DNA of 64,000 nt. Origin: Neolecta irregularis DAH-3 (Eukaryota). The notes under the pieces are model-generated. The model did no database searches, was not told where the DNA came from, and worked only from the letters and a program-made list of their open reading frames with translations. Numbering within the stretch: position 1 is the first letter of the stretch; every line of letters starts with the position of its first letter. Of the stretch, positions 39,803 to 52,758 are shown piece after piece. Made by a program: the position numbers and the translations under genes. The DNA is taken from contig LXFE01000976.1 in assembly GCA_001929475.1 (NCBI GenBank), forward strand, positions 1 to 64,000. The letters run 5' to 3'.

Positions 39803-40480
39803 AGGATGCTTTTGTCTTTTAACAATAAATGTTTTGCTGTGAGGCGGCACCAGTTTCCGCCCTTGGTTGCCACCAAATGCACGCGGTATTCAGACTGTTT
39901 CACCTTGTGAGAACTGAAATCATCTAAGAATGGCCGGTACGTGCAGACAATTGTATTTACGCGTCTACGACTTGCGACTTGCTTCAAGTAACAAGTAAAA
40001 AGCAATATTTCATCCGGTGACTGGGAACGGAGACGTCGGATGATTAACTCTGGAAAACTGGTGTTTACTAATTCTGGAACTAAACCAACAGAGTTTGTCC
40101 ATCCGGTAGTCTACTATATGAACCGTACCATAATCACAAAATTTATTTCCGGTAGACCCGATCTACAGTGACAATATCTATGTGTGAGACGGTCCTCGTA
40201 TAAGTGCACGTGAAGAAAAAGATTCATTTAAACTATAAGAGTAATTAAGGGATTAGAAATATTTGCGATACACGCGCCGTTACTAAAATCTAGCCGATAA
40301 TTGGACACTGGATTACCCCTTCAACCTTTCGCGCCAGGCCCTCATTAAAACCCTTCAGAGCACGCCTCCTTCTGCTTCCGGGTTCCTTAACCTCTATTAG
40401 GTATTGCCTGCCCAAACCGGACGGACGCCACCAATTGACTTGTTCCGAGTAGGCCGAGTACCCCGTATGCCCCACAAAAA

Positions 40481-40625
40481 TAGTAGAACCTGGTTATAAC
40501 GAAGGTGGCTTTCAGGTAAGGAGGATTCATTCTATCATGGTGTCACGTTAAACCTTAAACAATTTGATTTTGGAAGGCGGTTGGGTTCGTTATAACGATA
40601 GGTGCCCAATAACCAGGTTCGATTG
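40481..40625. mobile_element. Degenerate pogo/Tigger-like MITE (~145 bp)
   Basis: Left end TAGTAGAACCTGGTTAT versus right-end reverse complement CAATCGAACCTGGTTAT (14/17); extra inverted TTCGTTATAAC at 40586; TA follows the right end. Confidence 0.6.
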
Positions 40626-40890
40626 TAATACTTTCAACTGTGAATTTATACAATGACTCGTTAAATACAATGAAAAAATGTCATCCTAATACTTCCCCTC
40701 TCTTATTAATGTTCCTTTTTGAATTTAAAGAAGCCCTTTTGATGTTTCCAAGTTTCTGACCTATGTAGGCAAGTTATTACACGTCTTGGAGTCATCTCGA
40801 GGAAAAATGACCACAAATTAGCCACGGAGCAAATAACCGTCACTCAACTTCACCACCATCTCTGATATTCCGGATTCTTCTACCGTAAAG

Positions 40891-41372
40891 ATGCCTGCCG
40901 TCCTGAAAGTACGTCTTCATAGCTTTGCTGTCTAGAACAGTAGGCTGAGTGTTGTGTAGTCCAAACAGTCCAAACAATCGACAAAGAAAATCTCCAATAA
41001 ATATATCATCGATGCCTCTGGTCCTGCCAGAGACAAGCTCTTCGATGTTGCAACGTTCGAAAAGTTCTTGAACGACCGGATAAAGGTTGAAAACAAAACG
41101 GGGAATCTCAGTGATAAGGTTGTTATTTCGCGAGAAGGAGAAGGAAAGATTGCAGTCGTCACCAACATTGCTTTCTCTGGACGGTATCTTAAATACCTAA
41201 CCAAGAAGTACCTCAAGAAGCATCAAGTATGTTAATCTGTTTTCAATATGGATTGTTGGCTAATTTGTTTTAGTTGAGAGATTGGTTGCGAGTCGTTGCT
41301 ACTAGCAAGGGTGTTTATGAACTGAAATATTTCAATGTGGATTTGGATGATGAATCCGAAGAGGAGGAGTAA
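40891..41372 (+). CDS. RPL22: 60S ribosomal protein eL22
   Basis: [46 protein letters not shown]; acidic tail. Confidence 0.97.
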
Positions 41373-41775
41373 TCTTTTGTGTATAACCGACTAAAAAGAT
41401 TCCAGAGCGCCTGCTTCATAATCCCGTTCCTTTGATCGATATGCCCTGTATCAAATAGGAAAGGCAATTTTATCAGTTTCTTTTCACTTCTTGCCATTGA
41501 GTTCTCGATCATCACGTGGATCGCGTTGACACATTCTTACTTTCTTCAACTCAAAATTCAAAGAGTAGATCAAATTTAATTGGGAGTTCCTCTTTAATGC
41601 GTTATCATGGGAAATTGGTATCGCACGACCCAGAGTGCACACATCAAGCTTGTGATTACCCTTTCCCAGAATATCTCAAAGGCCCTCGACGGTGATTTAC
41701 TGACTTTTGTTATTGTTCTAGATTTCTCATTAGAAGTCTAATAAATCCATTAAGTAACCATGCCATCCTACCGAC

Positions 41776-41921
41776 TAACGCGTATTGTAGCTTTTGAAAA
41801 TCAAGTTTACTAGGAAAATCTCTTTTGAAGGTAATCTCAAGACCCCCATAACGCGTATTGTAGCTTTTGAAAATCAAGTTTACTAGGAAAATCTCTTTTA
41901 AAGGTAATTTCAAGACCCCCA
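41776..41921. repeat. 73-bp tandem duplication containing ACGCGT
   Basis: TAACGCGTATTGTAGCTTTTGAAAATC…CAAGACCCCCA starts at 41776 and at 41849, with few differences. Confidence 0.95.
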
Positions 41922-42501
41922 ACTTTATTCTATACCGTTAACCCAATCCTGGTCCTTGCAAATCACAAATATAAAAAAGATGTTCTATTCAGCTTGTCTC
42001 GAATTGGTAACCTAATGAATCTAAGCGAAGTTTTAGCTAGTTGACATCCGGATTTTGAACTAGACTCAATTGCCAAATGTCGTATATAGTAAATACTCTA
42101 GTTATTATTATCGATGCAACACGCTTTGGTCATTTCACGTCCCGGCATCTATTTAACCCTAAGTTTCTTTGCGGAGAAAGCAGTTGCTCTTCTTCAATTT
42201 GCTTTCCCCGCTTGATTGGCTCTAGTGTATATTCCATTTCCGTCCCGAGCGAAAATACATTTTCGTTATGTTTTGTAAGTTTGGCATAATTTTGCAGTAG
42301 CTGATCAACGCAAGTTTGCAGTTCTTTCAGTGAAAAAAAATCAGCCAATAGCACGATATATGTGTGACTTATTCAAATCTTCCATAGGAGCATATGGATT
42401 GCGTTCTCCAAACATTTTATGGGTGAAGTCGCGAGGCTCGCGCGTGTAGTTTTCTTTCTATTTCAAGTTCACCACCATAAAGTCAATTGCCATTTAAGCT
42501 A

Positions 42502-45500
42502 ATGTCTTCACCCACACGATCAAGGAGAGAAGGAACAGCTACTCCACGTAGATATAGACCGGATGGACGGGTGATTGATGACCCGCTTTTTGCTCCAGCT
42601 TCTTCGCCTGGACAGGCCTCAAGATATTCAAGTATTCCAAGATCGGTTGCGCCGGGAAGCATTACACCTAAAGCTTCAAGGACTAAATTCCTTCTGGGTA
42701 TGACCTCAATTGCATCGGTTCCAATTTTTTAAAGAGGGCTCATCGCCTCTTCGTTATGCTTCATCATCTGCGGGAACCCCTCATCCGAGTAGAAGCGCTG
42801 TGCCAACTTCATCTGGCCTTCTTAGATCGGACTTTTATTCGGATGTTGCTGGACGGTATAGAAAATCAGAAGTCTTGATATTCAATCACTAGTTCTGAAA
42901 TAGGAACCCCTCGTACTCGTCCAAGGGGAGATATTCACCCTTCTGGATTAGGCGATACTCCCCTTCGTCGCCATACGGTTCCTGCCCGGGCTGGAGCAGG
43001 GCGAACTACAGATGAGCCTACGAGTGGTGCTCAAGGGCCCACCTCTGAGGGTGAAGAAGAAAATACTCGAGTCATATGGGGAACCAATGTGTCAATCATC
43101 GAGACTCAGCAAAAATTTAAGGGATTCTTAACTGGGTTCCAGACCAGATGTCGACAGACAGAAGAGGATGCAATTGATCCTGATCAGTATTTCTACAAGG
43201 ATATGTTGCTGCAGGTTTAAACCATCTCATTGATTCAACTCTCATATTTTACTAGATGAAGGATGCTGGAACAAGCAATCTAAATCTTGATGTCCGAGAT
43301 CTTGCAGCCTATATTCCAAGTAAAAAACTAGCGCATCAGATTGTTGCATACCCTCAAGAAATCGTGCCGATCATGGATCAAGCGATCAAAGATGTGCTGG
43401 TAGATATGCTGCAGGCAAGCGAAGCGTGTGATGAAGAAATCAATCAAGTGGAGGTGACTACCTACAAAGTCCGACCCTTTAACCTTCCCGATAAGACGAA
43501 TATGAGAGATCTAAACCCTAAAGGTGCCTCTGGAATTTGTGACCTTTTAACAGAACAGATATTGACAAACTTGTCAGCGTCAAAGGCCTCATCATCCGAG
43601 CAACTCCAATTATACCCGATATGCGAACCGCTTTCTTCAAATGTGCTACATGTCATCATACTATCCACGTAGATATTGATAAAGGTCGCATTGCAGAACC
43701 CACACAGTGCCCTCGAGAAGTCTGTCGAACCAAAAACTCGATGCAGTTGGTGCATAATCGATCCGAGTTCGCAGATAAGCAGGTCATAAAACTACAAGAG
43801 ACTCCCGGTATGAATTCTATGCTCTTACGATGTTGTAACCTAGCTGCAGACTCGGTTCCAGATGGACAGACTCCACATGCAGTTTCAATATGTGTTTATG
43901 ATGAGTTAGTCGATATCTCAAAGGCGGGTGATCGGGTCGAGATCACTGGTATTTTCCGTTCTGTACCAGTCAGAGTAAATCCTCGTCAAAGATCTGTCAA
44001 GAGCTTATACAAAACTTTTGTCGATGGTTTGCATATCCAAAAAGTCGATAAAAGGAGAGTTGGAATCGATGTCTCAACGTTAGAGGGAGAGATCGCGGAC
44101 CATGTTGCTGGTGATGTTCAGGAAGTCAGGAAAGTTACGGCGGAAGATGTCGAAAAGATCAAAGCAATTGCGAGCCGAGATGACGTCTACAATATTCTGT
44201 CCAGATCATTAGGTTCGAACCGTAGCACATCTCTTGATTACTGAATTACAGCTCCAAGTATACACGAAATGGACGATGTTAAGAAGGGTATCCTGTTGCA
44301 ACTGTTTGGCGGAACCAATAAAGTGTTCAAAAAATCTGGATCTCCAAGGTATCGTGGGGATATCAACGTCTTGCTATGCGGTGATCCCAGTACTTCCAAA
44401 TCTCAAATACTGCAAGTATATTATTTCTCCAGTTGCTCTGATTAAAGATGTAGTACGTACACAAGATTGCACCAAGAGGTGTGTTTACAAGTGGAAAAGG
44501 AAGCTCTGCTGTTGGGTTAACAGCGTATATTACGCGAGATCAGGATACCAGACAGCTTGTGCTGGAAAGGCAATTTCAATACAAGAAGTCAATTGATATT
44601 CGCAGTGGTGCTCTTGTTCTTTCAGATGGCGGTGTTTGTTGTATTGACGAATTCGATAAGATGTCTGATGCCACGCGATCTGTCTTACACGAAGTAATGG
44701 AACAACAGACCGTATCCATTGCTAAGGCGGGAATTATCACGACCTTGAACGCTCGGACTTCGATTCTGGCTTCTGCAAATCCTATTGGTTCGAAATATAA
44801 CCCGAATCTCCCAGTTCCTAAGAACATCGATCTGCCGCCTACATTGCTCAGCAGATTCGACTTGGTGTACCTAGTATTGGATAAAATTGACGAGACTGCA
44901 GACAGAAGACTGGCAAAACACTTGGTTAGCATGTATCTCGAAGATAGACCTGATAACGCAGCTGCGGAAGATATTATTGTTAGGCCAAGTCTCGTGAGAA
45001 ATTACTAAATTCACTAGCCTGTCGAAACTCTAGCGACTTATATCTCATATGCACGCACTCACGTTCATCCGCAACTCACAGAAGAAGCCGGAAAGGAACT
45101 TGTGAAAGCTTATGTCGATTTACGAAAATTGGGTGAAGATGTTCGCGCAGCAGAAAGGAGAATCACAGCAACAACACGGCAGCTTGAGAGTATGATTCGA
45201 CTAAGCGAGGCTCATGCAAAAATGAGGTAAAATTTGTGACACTATCTCTTGAAACTGATGATATGAAGATTATCTGAAGAGGTTACTGCTGATGATGTTA
45301 CTGAAGCCGTTCGTCTCATCCGCACTGCCATCAAGGATTATGCAACTGATCCAGTAACAGGAAGAATTGATATGGACCTCATCACTACAGGTCAAGGTGC
45401 ATCTACTCGTAAGCTTAAAGGTGATCTTCGTCGTGAAGTTCTTCGAGTTATTGACAATCTTACGAAAGAGGGTCAGAATGCCCGATATATCGATGTCTCC

Positions 45501-45647
45501 AAAACTCTTACAGAGCAAAGCAATCTTGTTGTTGAGCAGAACGAGTTTAATGAAGCCCTCAGAATTCTGGAACAAGAGGGTGAGATCAGAGTTACTGGAG
45601 AAGGCGCAAGGAGAACAATCAGAAGGACCGTTGGTGGCGGTGCTTGA
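42502..45647 (+). CDS. MCM4: DNA replication licensing factor Mcm4
   Basis: S/TP-rich N-terminus; VIWGTNV; Zn finger; [63 protein letters not shown]. Confidence 0.97.
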
Positions 45648-45950
45648 GGAACTCATCAACACTAAATGTGACTAAATATACTATGGGATGTCGTCAAAGT
45701 CTGCTCAGAGTGTCGGTATGGTCAGCAAATCTCGGAAAATTTCAGGTCTAAGGACAAGAGACAAATTTACCTCATGTAAATAATGATAAGAATATAGCAA
45801 AACGAATATTTTTCAACCGTTCTTTATGCCCAGCCCCAGTAATCTTAAAATGATCTAAACAATACGTACATGTAGAAGCCATATATAAACCATGAACAAA
45901 AAACAAGAATCGCAAAAAAGCCAGTGTTGTAAGATTAATATTCTGTAAAT

Positions 45951-48702
45951 CTACACCTTTCCAATAAACCTTTCGATTTGGTCTCCGATTGCGTCTGCGA
46001 TACCAACTGAGGCATTGGGAAATAATTTCGGCCAATTTGAAACAACGGCAGAATCAGGGGAAATATCGATGAGTGGCCCATCGATCATATACCCGCGGAT
46101 CTCTTCCAACAGTTGCCTGTATTTGTCAAAATGAATCAATTCAGCGTCCTTTGAAACTGCGAAAGAAGTATACTTGACGCTGCATTTTTGCAGATCGAGA
46201 TGATGTTCCGAGTCCCGAAAAGATTCAAGATCACGTAGTAAAAAGGCTATGTTGTTTAGAGAAAATTTAAAGGGGAATACGAACGTAAGTAGTGAATGAT
46301 AGACCCACTAGCGAATGAAAGAGCAGACCGATACAGTGGCTCGAATGTGAATACACCCTTGAGATGTTCAAGTGATTCATAAGCAGGTAATGGGATATTC
46401 TTCAGTCAGAAAATTGTTTATCCAGTTTCACCAACATGTGTTATATCTTGGAGCGATGTTCTAGAGAGCCCATGAATAATTGTTCCTGCAGTTTGAAAGT
46501 CTGAGCGGCTCAGTAGAATCTGGTTAATGAGTATGCATATACAAATAAAGGATGCTACCTGAGCAAGTTCAATGAACCGACACATAACTTTAGCAGAGTT
46601 GTCGCTTTCAAATACTTCTCGTTCCACCCAATGCCCAATCTCCGGATCAGTAGGGACGAAGAACCGTAACAACATACAATCTTTGTTCTTCTCAATGCTT
46701 CTGCCATACGCCCTTCCCCCGATGCCCAGTATTCACAAATCACACTCTGATCAACAACGGCACAGTATATGGATATATCCACTCTTGCAAAATAGCGGGC
46801 TAGTTCGCCAATATCAAGCTCCATAAATGTCGTGATGGACACATCTCGCTCTGAAACTTGTCTGGACATAATATCCTCACGTGCGATGCGTGTTGAGTAT
46901 GCGGCGAGCATTCTTGCAACACGTCGAGCTTCATCGATGAAACCAGAATTACATGCTTCGCGAATAAAAGCGCGAATCAGCTTGAGGGACAGGAAAAGAG
47001 AAGATGGGAGGATGATAAGCCATAATTTGATAATATTCAGGATACTTTAGGTGTTATCTAGGTAAGGAAATACTGAGAATACCGTCTTCGAGTTGTATTT
47101 TGCGAACCTTTGTTTCGAAGTTCCAAGAAGAGAAGGCCAAGCAAGTCCTCAGTTGTCGTGAATAGTTGATGCGAGAGAATCATTTGCTCAACAAAAGAAT
47201 CATCTAGAAAATAAATGAGTTTTATGAAAGAAACAGCAATAAAACCTAGTGTAATGATCATCTGATTCGCAAGGTACTGTAGAATCCCCGCTATAATAAG
47301 TTTTCGCTCTTCACATTTGAACACGATGTAAACGCATCGACCTTGATCGTTTATTGCTTTCCAAACCCCTTTTTCTTCAGGCGCGATGACAACGGCTTCG
47401 TCTTTGATCGAAGGAGAAGGATGACCTGAACGAAATCTGGACAATACATCGGCGAAAAGGTTAGTCGTCTTTCCACGTCGAAGAGATCTGCGAAGCCTAC
47501 TGATAAGCAGGGACTTGTGATATACTGGGCATGTACTTCATAGAAGACGTCTCGTCGTCGGAATCACTATCAAACGCGCTAACTTCGTTCGTATTGCTTA
47601 ACGCGGAACTTTCCTGAAAATCAATATGCCGCGAAGGCAGGGTGGACTGTTTGAAAGGTGACTTTGGAGAAAGTATTGCGGGACGGTTGAAATTACTTCG
47701 TAGTTCATGTTCACTGCAGGGACTGCGAAGAAAAGATTCCGAACCACCTATTCGAGGAGGAGCATTTTTCGGCCGTCCTGACTGAACTGAGACATCTGAA
47801 GAGGCAATTAGGAGGGGATTTTGAAAATCAGAGCATACTATCGAATGAAAGTACCTCGAGATTATCAGAACACATGGACCTTCGTTTCTTTGGTGTTTTC
47901 CGGAGAAAGAAACGAGAGATTGAACTATTATGGAAATCTTCGACAGCTGCATGGGGCCTTGTCAAAGAATGGGGACATGGCGAAGTTCTGCAGGGAAGGG
48001 CAATATCGATGGCCAGTTGCTTTGTATTTCTTCGGATTGAGCCGAGGCTGGAAGATTTGCAGGTATTCCCTGTACTTGGAGGAGTTGTCAGGCCTGTAGT
48101 ATGTGAAGAACGGGCAATTCGACTTTGGTCTTGATCCGCCGAATATTCAAGACTGTAGTCCTCAAGTTCGGCTGTAGATGCTTGCGACGACTGTACGGAC
48201 GAGTGGAGGCGGCTTCGGGCAAAGACTTTGTAGCCTTTTGAGGACAAGTCGTCTGCAATAGTATGGGCGAACGAATCAAAGTCGGACAACGGCGGAAGGG
48301 ACGCTTGAGCAGTGGTCATCTGCCTTTTCTACAGGACGGAATCAGCAGGGGAGAGTCGAAATAGCTGCGAACCCGAACTACAGTTTTGGATCTAAATTGT
48401 CTTTCTGCGGCAGGCAATGTTCTCGAGCTTCGATTTGTGGCGGCGTTGCTATACCGTCTGCCCAATCGCAGAGCAAAGTCGGAAATGGGAAATGGCGAGT
48501 GAGAGAGTGCAACGGAAGGATGGACCGGTGGAGGCAGATCGGAGATGAGTGGTTTCGGATCCAAGCATCCTTTGTTTAATTGGCGGTTAGATGATAATGA
48601 TTTGTGCTTGACATTCCGGCTGAACCGTGCATCTGGCAAAATAGTCTTGTTCGGCTTCTTTAAGCGCCCGCTCATAAAGGGCAGCAGAGAATCAAAGCCC
48701 AT
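45951..48702 (-). CDS. RasGEF (REM plus CDC25-like domain) protein, multi-exon
   Basis: FVEQMILSHQLFTTTEDLLGLL (REM); ELARYFARVD, WV..EV, RFIELAQ, DFQTAGTIIHGL, LRDL, LIHFDKYR; exon structure approximate. Confidence 0.75.
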
Positions 48703-49579
48703 TCAATATTAAAAGGCAATCGCAGGATTTGTCGCGCGGGTTTTTATGTCGCAATCGAAAAGTGCTTCAGCTCTTTTGCCGCGTTCTATTATAGTGATAG
48801 TATAACATTCTGGTGGGACTGGGACTGAATATATTGAATCGCAGTCAAACCCCGGACGGTCATTCTTGAAAGCAGTCGCCACGTCGATCATAACGGCCTG
48901 CAACCCGCGAAGGTTTCGTGCGCTAAGCGAAAAATGATTTACGTGGCCAAGATGTTTGTTGGGCATAGCGGTATCTCATTCGGGTCGCTTGTGACACTGG
49001 GCGAGCTTCGTTGGAACGATATGAGATCATATATCTCGAACCAAAAGATGCATTGTATGAGTCATCATAGAGTGCAAAGTCCCATCGCATTCTTCAACAA
49101 TCAGTCTAGATGCTTGATGAGAACCTTCAAGTCTCATATTCGCGCAAGCAGGACAAAATCTTGCCATTGAGAAAGCTGCGCTAGAAAAATACCGCCGACG
49201 AAACACGATGTTCTCGGCAAATAGCAATTCTACAGGCTTCTTGTGCGAAAATTCCGGGAATATTTGTTATTTTCCAGACTCTCTGACGTGCTCCTCATGT
49301 CTCTTATTATCAAGTGATGTCGCTTGTTTTGGTAGATCCTTGAATTTCGCATTATGCTGTGGAACGCATTCTTGTATTCAAAATTGACGTCCTACAATTT
49401 CGACCAACGAAGAAGAGAGCGAAGAATATTTGTATGGTGTTATATGGAAAGCGTAAATGTTGTTTGCTGGAGGTTTGAAATATCCATATCGTTCACTCCG
49501 CAGAATTCTCATCTCAAATTATACCCAAACACCCGCCCTTTGAAAAGGCTGGAGATATAACTGGTACCCCTCATAAACC

Positions 49580-50173
49580 ATGGCTGCCTCATGCCGAAAC
49601 AACTCTTCAAACCCGCATGGAAAACTTGTTTTAATTCTTGAAAATAAAGGCTCCACCGCCAGTAGGAAACCATTGCTATGTTCCAAATTGACAAGCTCCA
49701 GGAGATCATTTAGGTAAGTTAACTTCGATCCCCCACAGGTGATCTCACAGATCTTGAACAGCCAACGAACGAACATTCCTGGCTTGGCTTAGAACAAGCC
49801 TTTCTTTCGCTTCGGTCGGAATCGCCATCACCCAATTATTTCGTTTGAGTACCAGTGCAACGGGCACCAGTTCTGGAGACCCTCGCATTAAGAAAACAGC
49901 AAAGCCCTTGGGGGCAACTTTTATTGCTACTGCAGCGATAGTATTGATTCTTGGTGTGCGCAGGTATATATTGTCGCCGCGGTCATATCTAACAACGAGA
50001 TATTTCCAATCCCAGAAATTCCTGACCGAGGGGAAATTCCCCGCAAGTAAGGGTAGTATTGCGATAACGTCAATGTTGAGTATTCTGGTCTCTCAACACT
50101 ATTACTGACGCGCTTGTTGATTGTCTAGCTTATCTTCGCTTCAATCATGATAGTCATCACATTGTCCTACTAA
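49580..50173 (+). CDS. DUF202 (YidH/Vtc1-like) small membrane protein
   Basis: Spliced LENKGSTARDHLANERTFLAWLRTSLSFASVGIAITQLFRL…RYFQSQ..L..GKFP. Confidence 0.88.
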
Positions 50174-51019
50174 ATACGATATAGGATCCAGTCCTTCACC
50201 AACGCCTGTACAGTGCACCGGCATTATTATCAGTATTCGTCCATCTCGCCACGTAGCTCATCTCGCCACGTAGCTCATCAACAGTTCCTAGGAAGTTTGG
50301 TATGGGTATTTGTTTCAATCAACCCGTGTCCACAATCTCCATTCTGCTTGCAACTCGATTCTCCGGTCATCTCAAGTGAAGGTTTGTATGAAAATGAATA
50401 GGGGCATATAAGCTTGGCTTTTCTACAACTGGTAGTATTTAGAATGCGGTTTACATTTTATCAAAATTCAGATACCCTATAGTGATGAAATGTCGGCTTC
50501 GAATGGAGTTTCTCAACCAAGAACAGATGTATTATTTCGTCATCATACCTTCTGTCGCAAGTAAAATAGTTACTGCCTGTCCATAAGACTCCGTATCAGC
50601 TGAGGTTACTCTTGAAGAATAAATTCTCCATCAAGAAAAGATGGAGTATATAATCGTTATTACGTCTTTGGCTAAAACTGATATCTAAATGGCCTCGTGT
50701 TTATGACATTCTAGTATATTTCTGGATAAAGACTAAGAATCCCCGAGCTGGAGATCGTATAGTAGCCAGTTATCCGATCCTAAGAGGGAAACTCGGTTTT
50801 CAAAGACTCTTGAAATCATCCCTTATTCTATATCCGTATTCCCGTGCAAATTTTGAATATTTACGGCTGCATTCATATCCTTACCGCAACTCGCCACACA
50901 AAAGTCCTGCAGAGATGAATAAATTGCTATCTAAGCCACAGGATGTTTTCAAAACTCATTTTTCCATATTCATACTCTTAACAAAATAAAGAAATCACGA
51001 GGAATCAGTAAAGCAAAAC

Positions 51020-52758
51020 TCAATAAACCTTCTCTTCCAATTTCATTTCGTTGGCAGGCGCCATTCCAACAAAAGCTCTCAGCAGATTCTCCAAGCAAGC
51101 GCGTTGTTTGTTGAGACCATTGACAACATCGGTGCCAGGTCGGGTAACAGGTGCCTTAAGCCAATAACTCAGGACAGAGAGAACGCTATAGAATGGTTTC
51201 CATTCTGTCTCCCCCTTACTTCTGTATTGCACTCGACTGAAGAGTTCGGCAACGACGACTAAGTCGATGATCAATGGACTGGCGAGGAGCGAATCTTCGC
51301 AGACTGTATGCATGGAGATGGTCTAGTGATCAGAGGTAAACCAAAAGTAATGTACGTTTCGACCGCCCATCATCAGTTCGGAATGGTATTCATCCATAGC
51401 CACTTTGCTGTCTCCGACGGCAGGAACGTATTTTATTACGATACAGTGATCAACGTTCTTTCCAACCTTGTCATTGAAAAGGATTTGGTTAGATGAAATA
51501 ACATCATCAACGACGGAAGCTTTTGAGATCTCTTTGCTTCGAAATTGTTGGGGAGCCGAGAGATTCTTTCCATCGTTGTTTCCGAGATGGTTGTAACTGA
51601 CGATACTCAATGGTCGAATACCAGCATCAACAAGAAATTGAGCGAGTACAGACTTGATTTTGGTTTGACCAGATTTGAAGTCTGGAGTTAGCATGAAATC
51701 AAGGTAGAGGAAAGCACCATCACCGCCGATGAAAGACCTTTTTTGTTCGGCGAGCTCGATACAGCCGGGAACGAGGGTGTTTTGCGGAGCACCGTTGATG
51801 AACGGAACACCTTCAAGGATACAAGCTAGCGCAAAGATCGTTGAGGGTGCAATTTCGGCGTGACTACTCTTGACAGCTTCGAGTAAGTTATCGGCGGTAT
51901 CATTAACTCCTGGAATGACATCGGCGTATCTCTCAGTGTTTGCAGTCCAAATGACGACGACTCGCTCAAGGCGATTCTTTTGTTTGAAATCTCGAATATC
52001 TTTTCGGATATGTTCGAGATGCGCAGATTTGTCATTTCCAGGGATTAGATTATCTGCTCGATCAGACTGGTTCGCAGCGATGAAGTCCGGATAATAGATA
52101 CTGGGCAAGGGTTTAATTTGAGAAAGCTCCTTAGACACCTGTCGCTGAAGGTCGTATTCTAGGACCTTAGCTCGGGACATAGCGTTTGCCAAGTTGGCCG
52201 AGTTCTGAAGTCAGCAGTGACAACCAATCCCAGTATACAATATCCCATCCGCCGATGACGAGGTCATTTGGATGGACCATTGGGACAATTTGAGAAAAGG
52301 GGACGTACACATCTTTCCCTTGTGCATCGATACCAAGTTTGAGAGTGGAAGATTGAGTAACGCTCCCATAGTAGTTGCTCTCTTGTAGGCCATTCTTTGT
52401 TTGAAAGGTTGTCTTGCTTCGATTGGCAACGATAGTAGCAGTGAGAGTGGAACCATTATTTCCGCCGAGACCGATCATCATCAAGCTGAGAATCAACGAG
52501 GATATCAATGGTATCCACATACCCCGTTCGCCGGACATGAGTCTCGGTCTTGAATTCGAATGCAGATTTGGTGGGTCGAACAATCAATCTGTCGTTACTC
52601 TGAATGACATGGGCGTTTTCGTAGACATATTCGGACAAGATCTGATTAGCTTCATATTTGACATTTGGAGCATCAACAAAAACGGAAGGATCACGGGCTG
52701 CAGAACCATTGGAACTCGCGCCAATGGAAAGGTCTTGGGGAATAGCATGTGGTGCCAT
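51020..52758 (-). CDS. INO1: Myo-inositol-1-phosphate synthase
   Basis: [75 protein letters not shown]. Confidence 0.98.

Noticed and set aside
40290..40475. GC-richer block as a possible structured ncRNA (SRP, RNase P/MRP, snRNA)
   Set aside because: No diagnostic conserved motif was found by eye; an Infernal/Rfam scan would settle it
42130..42415. Small minus-strand coding-like frame upstream of MCM4
   Set aside because: It could not be joined to an ATG with a consistent intron phase, and no family was recognised
50243..50279. 17-bp direct repeat ATCTCGCCACGTAGCTC x2
   Set aside because: A single slippage event in a 3' region with no further structure
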